Source of the DNA: a virus
Taxonomy: Duplodnaviria; Caudoviricetes
IMG/VR virus record: IMGVR_UViG_3300030095_001216
Coordinates: 1 to 41,482 of that record
DNA: 41,482 nt
Direction: 5' to 3' (one strand)
Both the position numbers and the translations under genes were made by a program. Each line of letters starts with the position of its first letter. The first letter of the stretch is position 1. The notes below the pieces were generated by a model that saw only the letters and a list, made by a program, of their open reading frames with translations, searched no databases and had not been told where the DNA came from. Shown piece by piece: positions 20,152 through 28,986 of this stretch.

Positions 20152-20790
20152 ATGTCTTTTCTGGTAGCTAATGTACCTCCTGTAAAAGTTTGGATTAAAA
20201 AACAATATCTCTATGACTTTGAAAGGGGGCACGGAGAATACGTAGAGGGTATATGGGCTACTGTTAAGTCTATACAAGGTAGAGCTTTGTATTTCGAAAC
20301 ATATATACCAGAATATGCAGCTCTTTACGACAAGCTGCCAATCAGTGCTTTTGTTAGTTCACCTAATGTTAAAGATGATTTACCCTTAGAAGAGTTAGAA
20401 TTATGGGATGCTTTTAGCTATCATATCACGGTAATTGAGAAAACAACTGTACCACCAAGAGCAAAATATTTATCCCCCACAAAGAATTGGTATCAAGGAG
20501 AATATCTATTTACAATAGATAGTTGCCATGCCGATCATAATTTACCCAACATAAATTACTCACAAGTTCCAGAGGAACATAAGTCATTTAATATTTTAGA
20601 ATTAGAGAACGGGCACTTCGCTGCCCAGCCAAACAATAGAACATTGTTTTATGATAAATCTTTGACTCCTGCAGAACCAAAGCAACCAGATTTTAAAGTA
20701 TCAACTATAGAATATAACGTAGAATCTGTCAGTAAATGGACAGCAGGTGACGATACTAACTTCTTTTATAAATTCAAAGAACAAAGCTAG
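20152..20790 (+). CDS. Conserved hypothetical marine phage protein
   Basis: GHGEY, LPISAF, LWDAFSY, EHK and G.FAAQPNNR motifs. Confidence 0.7.
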   Translation: MSFLVANVPPVKVWIKKQYLYDFERGHGEYVEGIWATVKSIQGRALYFETYIPEYAALYDKLPISAFVSSPNVKDDLPLEELELWDAFSYHITVIEKTTVPPRAKYLSPTKNWYQGEYLFTIDSCHADHNLPNINYSQVPEEHKSFNILELENGHFAAQPNNRTLFYDKSLTPAEPKQPDFKVSTIEYNVESVSKWTAGDDTNFFYKFKEQS

Positions 20791-20803
20791 GCATAAGCCT
20801 AGC
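20786..20803 (-). terminator. Intrinsic terminator at the convergence of the two arms
   Basis: GCTAGGC-ataa-GCCTAGC; T-rich tail on the minus strand. Confidence 0.6.
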
Positions 20804-20818
20804 CCATTCCTCAAATAA

Positions 20819-21016
20819 TTATTTAGTGATAACTTTATGTACGTTCGGAAACGCTTTGTTTCTGTTGTAAAAATTTAATGCCCACTGCCAGTCCTCTTTA
20901 TACTCAGTTCTGCAGTAGTCTTCTAGTGTGTCTCCGTTTGTTTCGGCACTGTTAAAAAAGTTTAAACACTTATTAACAAATGCTGTCGTTACGGAGAAAG
21001 TTCTTGGGTACTCCAT
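20819..21016 (-). CDS. Hypothetical protein
   Basis: AGGAG RBS; YCRTEY..DWQWA. Confidence 0.6.
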   Translation of the reverse strand: MEYPRTFSVTTAFVNKCLNFFNSAETNGDTLEDYCRTEYKEDWQWALNFYNRNKAFPNVHKVITK

Positions 21017-21189
21017 AGATTCTCCTTTGTTGATATCTCAGCCAAGGCTCTCCAATAGTCCTTGTCTTTGATAGGGAGTCTATCAAACTTATACTTAGAA
21101 GTCAATGATTTATTACTGAATGACAGGTATAGCTTTTTTGCAAACCTATCATACTTAGTTGAATGCGGATAGTTGTGTGTATTTTTCAT
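20989..21189 (-). CDS. Hypothetical protein
   Basis: GGAG RBS upstream of ATG. Confidence 0.55.
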   Translation of the reverse strand: MKNTHNYPHSTKYDRFAKKLYLSFSNKSLTSKYKFDRLPIKDKDYWRALAEISTKENLWSTQELSP

Positions 21190-21197
21190 GTGTCTCC

Positions 21198-21236
21198 AAA
21201 AGAAAAAGGGCTGATCCCAATGAAGAAAATCAGCCC
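21198..21236 (-). terminator. Intrinsic terminator
   Basis: GGGCTGAT..ATCAGCCC stem followed by TTTTTCTTTT on the minus strand. Confidence 0.65.
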
Positions 21237-21334
21237 CTTATACGGTTGTGGAAGTGGTTCCCCAAACTGTTTCTAAATATTTCATCTAGAAGAAGTAAGG
21301 TTCTTTGTGCCCCCCTGTCTCCGTTGTTAGTCTT

Positions 21335-21363
21335 ATTATATCAAAAGATATAACATTTGTCAA
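21335..21363 (-). promoter_or_regulatory. Consensus sigma70 promoter
   Basis: TTGACA-17 nt-TATAAT overlapping the nrdB stop codon. Confidence 0.75.
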
Positions 21364-22325
21364 GAGGTAAATGCCTCACTCCAATCTCCTTGGACTGCTC
21401 CCTTTGCGTACTCAGTTGCTCTAGTCTCAAAGAAGTTCTCGTGTGCCTGCCCGTTGACAATATAGTCCACCCATTCAAGTGGGTTCTCTTTAACTCCATA
21501 GTTAGGTTTTAAACCTAGCTGAAGTAATCTTCTGTCTGCCATGTAGTGTATATAGTTCTTTACTTCTTGAGGTGTAAGTCCTTGCACTGGTCCTTGCGCA
21601 AACGCAAGATCAATAAACTTTTCTTCAAGAGTTACCATATCCCTACATATATCGTAGAGTGACTTCTTAAATTTATCATTCCATAATTCTGGTTGTTCAT
21701 CCAGTATAGTATGAAATAACTTTAACATATTTTCTACGTGGTGGTTCTCATCTCTGATAGACCATGCAACAATCTGACCCATGCCTTTCATCTTACCAAA
21801 CCTTTGAAAGTTTAATAACATAATGAATGAGCCAAACAACTGCAAGCCTTCACCAAATGCAGAGAATACTGCCATGTCTCTGATAGCCTTTTGATTATCA
21901 TTGCCACCTTTATTTTCCCATAAGTAATTATGTTTGTCAGCCATCTCTTTATATTCTTGGAAAGCTTTGTACTCTCTATCATCCATACCTATGGTATCGT
22001 TTAGTAAAGAGTAACTGTGTGCATGGTTAGCCTCTGATGTAGCTATAGCAGATAACATCATGCGCACTTCTGGTTTTTTAAACATGGGTATATACACATC
22101 CATATACGCTTGTGCAATATCTACATCTCCTTGCGTAAAGAAAGTTAGAATCTGTTTAACTAGATTCTTTTCTGCATCATTCATCTTCGCGTTCCAATCA
22201 CTTACATCTTCATGTAATGGAACTTCACTTGGTAGCCAATGCATCTTCTGTTGTTGGTCGTAGGCTTCAAAAGCCCACGGATATTCAAATGGTTTATAAT
22301 ATTCTCTTCCTTCAAATACTGACAT
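21360..22325 (-). CDS. nrdB: Ribonucleotide reductase class Ia beta subunit
   Basis: FFTQGD, EANHAHSY (radical Tyr), EGLQLF, RDENHH and NFFE.R.TEY; start revised to MSVFEG. Confidence 0.95.
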   Translation of the reverse strand: MSVFEGREYYKPFEYPWAFEAYDQQQKMHWLPSEVPLHEDVSDWNAKMNDAEKNLVKQILTFFTQGDVDIAQAYMDVYIPMFKKPEVRMMLSAIATSEANHAHSYSLLNDTIGMDDREYKAFQEYKEMADKHNYLWENKGGNDNQKAIRDMAVFSAFGEGLQLFGSFIMLLNFQRFGKMKGMGQIVAWSIRDENHHVENMLKLFHTILDEQPELWNDKFKKSLYDICRDMVTLEEKFIDLAFAQGPVQGLTPQEVKNYIHYMADRRLLQLGLKPNYGVKENPLEWVDYIVNGQAHENFFETRATEYAKGAVQGDWSEAFTS

Positions 22326-22336
22326 CTCTCCCCTTT

Positions 22337-24094
22337 CTATGCCTCGCACGCGGCGCAGGCGGTTTCGTCTGTGTCAAAGTCTTGTCTAATTGTTCTCTCT
22401 ATTTTACTAGATAAGTTCTCTACTTTCTTAAGTGATTGACTTCTCATGTAGTATAGAGTTTTAACTTTATTTTTCCACGCTCTCAAGTGTATACCGTGTA
22501 GTGTTTTAGTATCTACATCTGGTGGTAAAAATAAATTTAAACTTTGTGATTGGCAAATATACTTTTGCCTATCTGCTGCTAGGTCTATAAGCCACCTTTG
22601 GTTCATCTCAATAGCAGTTTTAAATACTTCTTTATCTACATCAGATAGAAAGGATAAGTGTTGAACACTACCACCATTAGTCACAATAGATTTCCATACT
22701 TCTTTATTATTTCTATCGTACTTTAGTAGTACCTTTTCTAAGTATTTATTCTTCATTAAGAATGTACCACTCAAAGTCTTTTGAGAAAAAGCATTTGCTC
22801 TTAGTGGTTCTATAGATGGAGAAGTTCCCCCACAGATTACTGATGAAGAAGCATTAGGAGCAATGGCGATGACATGTGAATGTCTTAGTCCTGTGCCTTC
22901 CATATCTGCAGGTGAACCCCTCTCTGCCCCGAGCTTCTTGTTAGCAGCTTGAGCCTCGTTGTGTATATGCTTAAAGGTATAATCGTTTATAGACTTAGCC
23001 ATAGGACTATCCATAGATATACTTCTCTTCTGAAAATAGCTATGTAATCCCATTGCACCTAAACCTATTGCCCTTTCGCAACGCGCAGAATTGACAGCTC
23101 TCCACATGTAATCGGGAGCGTCCTTAATAAAAGTTTCTAACACATTGTCTAGCATACGTACAATATCTTCTATGAATTGTGGGTTATCTTTCCACTCATC
23201 AAAATATTCTAAGTTAACAGAAGACAAACAACACACAGCAGTTCTATCTTTAGCTGTAGGTAATGTAATCTCTGAACATAAATTAGAATGATTAAACTTT
23301 AAACCTAGTTTCTTTTGTGATTCTGGTAGAGCTTCGTTAACTGTATCAATAAAACTTATGTATGGTTCACCTGTAGCTATTCTAGTTTCAAGTAATTTAA
23401 TCCATAAAGTTCTGGCATCTATTGTCTTTATAGTTTGTTTAGTATGAGGATCAATTAAATCCCAAGACTCACCTTCAGTTACAGCTTCCATAAACTTATC
23501 AGATACATTTACACCATGATGTAAGTTAAGATTTTTTCTATGTATGTCTCCGCCTGTCGGCTTTCTCATCTCAATAAATTCTATAATTTCTGGATGGGAT
23601 ATATCCATATAAGAAGCATAGCTTCCTCTTCTAGTAGCGCCTTGATGAAACGCAGTCATCTGTGAATCAACAACATGCATGAAAGGAATGACACCTGTAG
23701 TTTTGTTTCCAATACTTGTAGCCATACCTTGTGATCTTACATCACCCCAGTAGCCTCCTATACCACCGCCCATACTAGACAACCAAATGTTCTCAGTATA
23801 GTGGTCCGCTAATCCTTCTCTAGAATCATCCACGTAATTTAAGAAACAAGATATAGGTAGTCCACGCGTAGTGCCCCCATTGGATAACACAGGAGTAGAG
23901 AACATAAACCATAGTTTACTTGCATAATCATATAACCTTTGTGCATGAGCTTGATCGTCTGCAAATGTCTTTGCAGCTCTGGCAAATGCATCTTGAGGAC
24001 TAGCCTCCGTTGGTAGTAAGTATCTATCTTTGAGTATAATCTTGCCCGATTCGGTTAAAAAATTATCACGTGAGTATTCTATATTTATTTTCAT
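22337..24094 (-). CDS. nrdA: Ribonucleotide reductase class I alpha subunit (no ATP cone)
   Basis: LPISCF, GGGIG, SNLCSEI, VCCLSS, APNASSS, KTLYY and C-terminal CAAC. Confidence 0.95.
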   Translation of the reverse strand: MKINIEYSRDNFLTESGKIILKDRYLLPTEASPQDAFARAAKTFADDQAHAQRLYDYASKLWFMFSTPVLSNGGTTRGLPISCFLNYVDDSREGLADHYTENIWLSSMGGGIGGYWGDVRSQGMATSIGNKTTGVIPFMHVVDSQMTAFHQGATRRGSYASYMDISHPEIIEFIEMRKPTGGDIHRKNLNLHHGVNVSDKFMEAVTEGESWDLIDPHTKQTIKTIDARTLWIKLLETRIATGEPYISFIDTVNEALPESQKKLGLKFNHSNLCSEITLPTAKDRTAVCCLSSVNLEYFDEWKDNPQFIEDIVRMLDNVLETFIKDAPDYMWRAVNSARCERAIGLGAMGLHSYFQKRSISMDSPMAKSINDYTFKHIHNEAQAANKKLGAERGSPADMEGTGLRHSHVIAIAPNASSSVICGGTSPSIEPLRANAFSQKTLSGTFLMKNKYLEKVLLKYDRNNKEVWKSIVTNGGSVQHLSFLSDVDKEVFKTAIEMNQRWLIDLAADRQKYICQSQSLNLFLPPDVDTKTLHGIHLRAWKNKVKTLYYMRSQSLKKVENLSSKIERTIRQDFDTDETACAACEA

Positions 24095-24143
24095 TTATAT
24101 CCTTTCATGTTGTCCTGTGAAGAAGCGCGAGCCTTTGATTCTA

Positions 24144-25400
24144 TCATAACTTGATTGGGAACACAAGCCCGTCTTTAACTTGAATGTATCCAGCCTCTTC
24201 CATAGCCCTAACTGTTTGCTCTGATTCGCCTGGTGCGAGAGTTCTTCGAAGTAATTCGCGCTTGAAGTGGCGCAGACTTATGAAGTTTCTCTCTGTATTT
24301 AGCATAGTTTCTTTAGTCCAGATTGCCATATCCTGTGCTAGCTTACCCGCTCTAGCCATACCAAACCCTGCCAATGCTTTAGGCATAGCTTCTTCTACTT
24401 CAAACATAAGGTCTTTAGTTCTTTGCCAATGATCCCAAGTAATTACTTTCTGTGTAGAACAACTTGCAGACACAGCCAAAGCTACTTTAATAAAGTGTGA
24501 TACTCTACGTTGAGTATACTCAGCTAAGTTAGGGTCTGTAGGTATAGGCTTTAAGCCAGATTCTATATCAAGATTGATCTTATCAAATGCTCTGTCATCA
24601 AAGCGCATAGGTCCGTACATCTTTGCTATCTCTGACAAGTCGCATCGTAAGTTATGTATAGTAGAATCTTCTACTCTATCTTGTAATAAAGATTGTGGTA
24701 TTTTTTCCCCGTCAAAAAAGACAGGTATAATTCTTGATAACAAACCTTGTGACCTAGCGTCTTCGGGCAAGTTATCAACAAACTGTTCGGGTGTAGCACA
24801 TGCTATCCAATTTAAACAAGGACCTTTTATTATATGCTCACCTGCGGTTTTAGTTTTATGTGAGTACTCTTCTTTACTATCCCACATATCAGTAAGAAAC
24901 ATTTGTAAATATCTTTCATGTCTGTGTAAGAATGTACCTAACTCTGATGTAACTAATGTTAATGACCCATCATAAAACTCATCACCTATTGTAGATAAAC
25001 GCATATCAAATCTAGATGCCTTAGACATATCTACTGCTAACTTCTCTGGTGTTATTCTATCTTGTATACAATACAAAGGATACTCTTTTAAACCGTATTC
25101 AGTTAAGCCAGAGTTAAAATTTTCATGGTCTGGTGTAGTACCTACAGGTGTAGTTAGCTTACGAAATACTTTAGTAAATGGTAGAATCAAACTGACTGAT
25201 TTATTACGCCCAGGTCCAGCCACTAACACAACGAATATATTGGCACGTATATCGTAGTTAGCCATAGGCATCCAGACTCTTCTACCTAGTGCACCAGACA
25301 CAGATGACAGAGCCGCCCACCTTCTAAACAGTTTAGGTATAGGACTTTTACTAGTAGCATCTACGCATGCTTCGATGTAGTCTTTATATATTCTAGACAT
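24144..25400 (-). CDS. DUF3987/YfjI-like P-loop ATPase (putative replicative helicase)
   Basis: SP.P..F..W..LS..SGALGR.VW; Walker A-like GPGRNKS; SELGTF; LTDMWD; GLLSR arginine finger. Confidence 0.65.
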   Translation of the reverse strand: MSRIYKDYIEACVDATSKSPIPKLFRRWAALSSVSGALGRRVWMPMANYDIRANIFVVLVAGPGRNKSVSLILPFTKVFRKLTTPVGTTPDHENFNSGLTEYGLKEYPLYCIQDRITPEKLAVDMSKASRFDMRLSTIGDEFYDGSLTLVTSELGTFLHRHERYLQMFLTDMWDSKEEYSHKTKTAGEHIIKGPCLNWIACATPEQFVDNLPEDARSQGLLSRIIPVFFDGEKIPQSLLQDRVEDSTIHNLRCDLSEIAKMYGPMRFDDRAFDKINLDIESGLKPIPTDPNLAEYTQRRVSHFIKVALAVSASCSTQKVITWDHWQRTKDLMFEVEEAMPKALAGFGMARAGKLAQDMAIWTKETMLNTERNFISLRHFKRELLRRTLAPGESEQTVRAMEEAGYIQVKDGLVFPIKL

Positions 25401-26943
25401 TGTGCCCTCCCTTCCATGTTTTTAAATTCTTCCAAGTGTTACCAACTTCTACAGAAGAAGGAATGATTAACTCTCTATCTTGCACAACCATAGGATTAGT
25501 CATGCAGTTAACTATCTTAGGCATCAACTCGTCTACCTTCTCATTAGGTACTTGACCTAGGATAGCATCGTGCACCTGTCCTAAGACTTGTACACCTTCA
25601 TCTTGCAACTCATTCCATACTCTATACAGTCCTATATTTAATAGATCACCTATAGTAGATTGAGGTACATAAGCAATAGCACCACGCAATGTAGTAGCAT
25701 CATTGAGTCTACCCCAGAATTGTCTACGCCTACCCAGTGGTGTAGTAAGCGTTCCAGTATTTGATAGCTCATTTGCTATACTGTCATGCCACTTCCTGAT
25801 TCCAGGGAAAGCGCCTGGAACATCCAGGTATTTAATCTTATCACCATATACTTTACCATATGCTAGAAGCTCATCAAAACCAGCTTTAGGATCTTGTTTA
25901 TGCCACCTATTAACTGATTCTAAGGCTACTACACCACCATAATACAGCAGTTGGAACCTTGTAGCATGCGCTACTTTAATCTTTAAATGCCTAGCTAATG
26001 ACGTAGCTGACAAGCCATAGTTAGTACCATGACCTGCACGTTTACACATATCTCTAAAACTAAACTGTAAATAGTAAGGGTTCTCAGCAAGCTCTCTTTC
26101 TTGTGCAGGATCACCGCTCCAACCCATGTTTTTCCAAACCATTTTAACAACAGTAGTATGCAAGTCACCACTCTCACAAGCATTGATGTACCCCTCGTCA
26201 CCTGTAAGATAAGCAACCACACGGGATTCAGCTTGCTCTAGATCAGCGTAGAACATAGTCATACCTTCATCGGGTATAAATATTTCGCGCAAGTCTTTTG
26301 TTATATTTTGAAGATTAGTTCCTGTACCCCAAGGGGCTTCTGAAGAAGACCAACGCCCTGTCTCTGTGCCTGCCACATTATAAGAACAACGTATTCTATT
26401 GTCGTTATCTCTGTCTGTGTCCAGCACACCAAGGTGTTTGTCTATGTCACGTAATGCAAGAATAGCATTACAAAAAGGTTTTGCTCGTGGATAATTTTGG
26501 CGCATGTATTCAAGCGCTTCACGATCTGTTGAAACTTTTTGCTTACCTTTCTTATAAGACATAACTTTAGGTATGCCTAAGTGTAGGTAAAATAAATTCT
26601 GTAATTGTTTAGGTGATGCATGGTTTAGATCTTTACCTGTTGCCGCGTTTGCAAACAAGTTAAGCATGCGTTCTAGTTTAACTCTGGTATCTTTCAAGGG
26701 GGCACGCATATTTTTAACTGCGTCTAAGTCCACACGTAATCCTTTTAACATCATAGCCATAGCAGGCTTGATGCTATCTAACTCAAAGTTGTATGTGCCT
26801 GTGGTGGTATCGTCTAGATCTGTCTTGATCTTCTGCCAAATCTCTTGGGTGACTGCACAATCTAATGCACAATAAGTCCAGAGTGTTTGTTCAGAATCTA
26901 GATCTATGTTTTGAATGTCTACATTCTTTATTATTTTTGCCAT
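25393..26943 (-). CDS. polA: DNA polymerase family A (polymerase domain plus ExoIII motif only)
   Basis: TETGRWSS, NLQN, motif A DLEQAESR, motif B RDMCKRAGHGTNYG, motif C QVHDA; N-terminal YCALD. Confidence 0.92.
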   Translation of the reverse strand: MAKIIKNVDIQNIDLDSEQTLWTYCALDCAVTQEIWQKIKTDLDDTTTGTYNFELDSIKPAMAMMLKGLRVDLDAVKNMRAPLKDTRVKLERMLNLFANAATGKDLNHASPKQLQNLFYLHLGIPKVMSYKKGKQKVSTDREALEYMRQNYPRAKPFCNAILALRDIDKHLGVLDTDRDNDNRIRCSYNVAGTETGRWSSSEAPWGTGTNLQNITKDLREIFIPDEGMTMFYADLEQAESRVVAYLTGDEGYINACESGDLHTTVVKMVWKNMGWSGDPAQERELAENPYYLQFSFRDMCKRAGHGTNYGLSATSLARHLKIKVAHATRFQLLYYGGVVALESVNRWHKQDPKAGFDELLAYGKVYGDKIKYLDVPGAFPGIRKWHDSIANELSNTGTLTTPLGRRRQFWGRLNDATTLRGAIAYVPQSTIGDLLNIGLYRVWNELQDEGVQVLGQVHDAILGQVPNEKVDELMPKIVNCMTNPMVVQDRELIIPSSVEVGNTWKNLKTWKGGHNV

Positions 26944-26960
26944 TGCTTTTGTCTCCCATT

Positions 26961-27179
26961 CTAGTCGTAGTCTCTTTCAATAATCATATCTATATAGTGT
27001 TTAGCTTTTTCTAAATCTTGTTTGCCTCCCTTCAATGCGTGTCTGCATATGTACTTTATAGCATTACCTTCTGCGAATAATAATTTATTACCATTAATAA
27101 ACATTGAAGGTTGTATCTCGTAATCTTGGTAGTGGTCACCACCTACTTGCGTAGAGTATGCGTCATCTGTAGAGCTCAT
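26961..27179 (-). CDS. DUF3310 protein (T7 gp1.7 nucleotide-kinase-like family)
   Basis: QVGGDHY..EGNAIKYICR..KGG..DLEKA.HYI. Confidence 0.8.
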   Translation of the reverse strand: MSSTDDAYSTQVGGDHYQDYEIQPSMFINGNKLLFAEGNAIKYICRHALKGGKQDLEKAKHYIDMIIERDYD

Positions 27180-27450
27180 CCTGTCCTCCTATAATTTCAA
27201 AAATCTTTTGTCTTGTATTGTGCGCATGTAAAAAAGAATAGTCGCACACTATAATAAAATCTTCTGTCTTTCCTCTCAGCCATATCTTGGCACGTTCCTT
27301 GTTGGCTATACTTTCTCTTGACTTGTTTGTTGATAAGAAGTCTGATATCGCTAGGTCAATGACGGATCTCCACAACCGCACTTCACTTTCGATAGTTACT
27401 AAATCATTTGGTATATGTAACTCCGAAAAATATGGAGCACGCTTGTACAT
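27163..27450 (-). CDS. Hypothetical protein
   Basis: E.RLWRSVI..AI.D..A..W..DF..VC motif common in phage small proteins. Confidence 0.65.
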   Translation of the reverse strand: MYKRAPYFSELHIPNDLVTIESEVRLWRSVIDLAISDFLSTNKSRESIANKERAKIWLRGKTEDFIIVCDYSFLHAHNTRQKIFEIIGGQDELYR

Positions 27451-27458
27451 TATTACAT

Positions 27459-28547
27459 CTATTCATCTCTCTTAGTACTCTTTGAAAACTTAGCCATAGT
27501 TTTCCAAGCACCCTCGTTTGTGTATATAGAACCAAGAAAGCCTAAGCCCTTCTGTTGTTCTGGCTGTAGCGCATGTTGAGCATGCATTGTATCGTGTATC
27601 TTACCTTTAACATTTATGTTCTGCTTATAAGATAACCATGACACATCATACGTTTGGTTCTGTGCAACCTTAGTAATCTTTTCGTTTTCTAAAATTCTTT
27701 TAACCCAAGCCCATGCCTGTTGCTCATGCTTATTATCTTTCCAATAGTTTTGTAAAGCATTTCTTGTATCTTTAAATGGTATAACTAAAGCAACGGAATC
27801 AGATGGAGCAAAACCAATACAAGTAATAAAACCTCCACTAGTTTCAATGTCAAAGCTAAGTGGGCTAGCTTCATTGTCTTCTCGTATATATTGTTCTTCA
27901 AATTTATTAAGGTCTTCGATAGTAGGTTCAATCCATAACTCTCTTTCTTTTATTTGTATATCGGGTGTCTCAGATTCTGCTATTGCTTTCTTAATATCTG
28001 AAAGAACAACAGGTCTGAAGTCAAAGTTTCTTATCACGGCACTAGGGCTAAAGGTAGGCAAGACTTTTGTTCCCCCTGTGAGGTTAGATTTAAGAACAGT
28101 TCCCCTGTAAGTTCCTATCTTATCTAGCCCTGTCAGCGCCCATAACGCGATACTTCCCATTGCAATAATTACATTAGGTTTGCACGCGTTAAGCTCGGTC
28201 TCTAGTCTATCTATCTCTCCCTCGTATTCTTCTTTCAAGAAGCCGAAGCCATTCACAGGAAACTTCGAGCGACTCTTCCCCTCTTTAAGCAAAGCTTTAT
28301 AAGAGTTTTTATTATTGAAGAAGTGTGCAGGATTCTCCTGTGCTGGCTTCTGAGAGAGAGCATAAGTGAGCAAACAGTTTTCCACATTTAGGTTTAATAT
28401 CTCACACATCTTGTGAAACATTTTACCTGTACTACCAACCATGATTTGACCAAGACGTTGTTCATCTGTACTTGGAAAGTCAAAGACGAACGCGATCATG
28501 GATTGACCATTGCTTGGTTGCTGTGAAGGAACTGTCTGCTTTGTCAT
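27459..28547 (-). CDS. Family-4 UDG-like domain fused to a partial DnaQ 3'-5' exonuclease (ExoI and ExoII)
   Basis: G..MVGSTG, KPNVIIAMG..A, I..YRG and PTFSPSAVIR (UDG fold); SFDIET, AQNQTYD and HDTM (exonuclease). Confidence 0.8.
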   Translation of the reverse strand: MTKQTVPSQQPSNGQSMIAFVFDFPSTDEQRLGQIMVGSTGKMFHKMCEILNLNVENCLLTYALSQKPAQENPAHFFNNKNSYKALLKEGKSRSKFPVNGFGFLKEEYEGEIDRLETELNACKPNVIIAMGSIALWALTGLDKIGTYRGTVLKSNLTGGTKVLPTFSPSAVIRNFDFRPVVLSDIKKAIAESETPDIQIKERELWIEPTIEDLNKFEEQYIREDNEASPLSFDIETSGGFITCIGFAPSDSVALVIPFKDTRNALQNYWKDNKHEQQAWAWVKRILENEKITKVAQNQTYDVSWLSYKQNINVKGKIHDTMHAQHALQPEQQKGLGFLGSIYTNEGAWKTMAKFSKSTKRDE

Positions 28548-28548
28548 G

Positions 28549-28986
28549 CTAGAGTATTCTTTTTACTGAGGCTTGTAGAATATCTTTATTCTTACCAACC
28601 ATTTCGTGCTTGATTAAACCCTTAAAGGTTTTACCAATTGCCATTTCTAGCAACTCACTATATGGTAAGTCATCTACATGACCCATGTCCAGTCCACTTG
28701 TAAGGAAAGACTTTAATCCTGTAGCAGGATTCTTAACCTTCAAGGCATTAGGTGTAGCCCAGAACTCCATACGTGTGGGTTCTGCATTACCTAGTTTGTC
28801 GTCAGTTAGGTCTGAATCAATCACCCCAACTGCTTTGACATTTAGTCTGATGAGTGGTGTTGAGTTTTCCCCAACCTCATCTGCTCTGTAAGATGTCACA
28901 GAGAATTCATAACTACCCTCGGGAAGTACAACCGATTCGGGTGTATCTTGAGGTGTCATGTTTAAAAAGTCAGCAACGTTAGACAT
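28549..28986 (-). CDS. Putative ssDNA-binding protein (DUF669-like)
   Basis: LPEGSY motif; follows the Sak4-like ATPase, the usual arrangement. Confidence 0.6.
   Translation of the reverse strand: MSNVADFLNMTPQDTPESVVLPEGSYEFSVTSYRADEVGENSTPLIRLNVKAVGVIDSDLTDDKLGNAEPTRMEFWATPNALKVKNPATGLKSFLTSGLDMGHVDDLPYSELLEMAIGKTFKGLIKHEMVGKNKDILQASVKRIL

Noticed and set aside
26944-27458. Possible group I/II intron or intein interrupting the polymerase
   Set aside because: The interval is filled by two ordinary phage ORFs; no homing endonuclease, splice-core or intein motifs; PolA has its own RBS.
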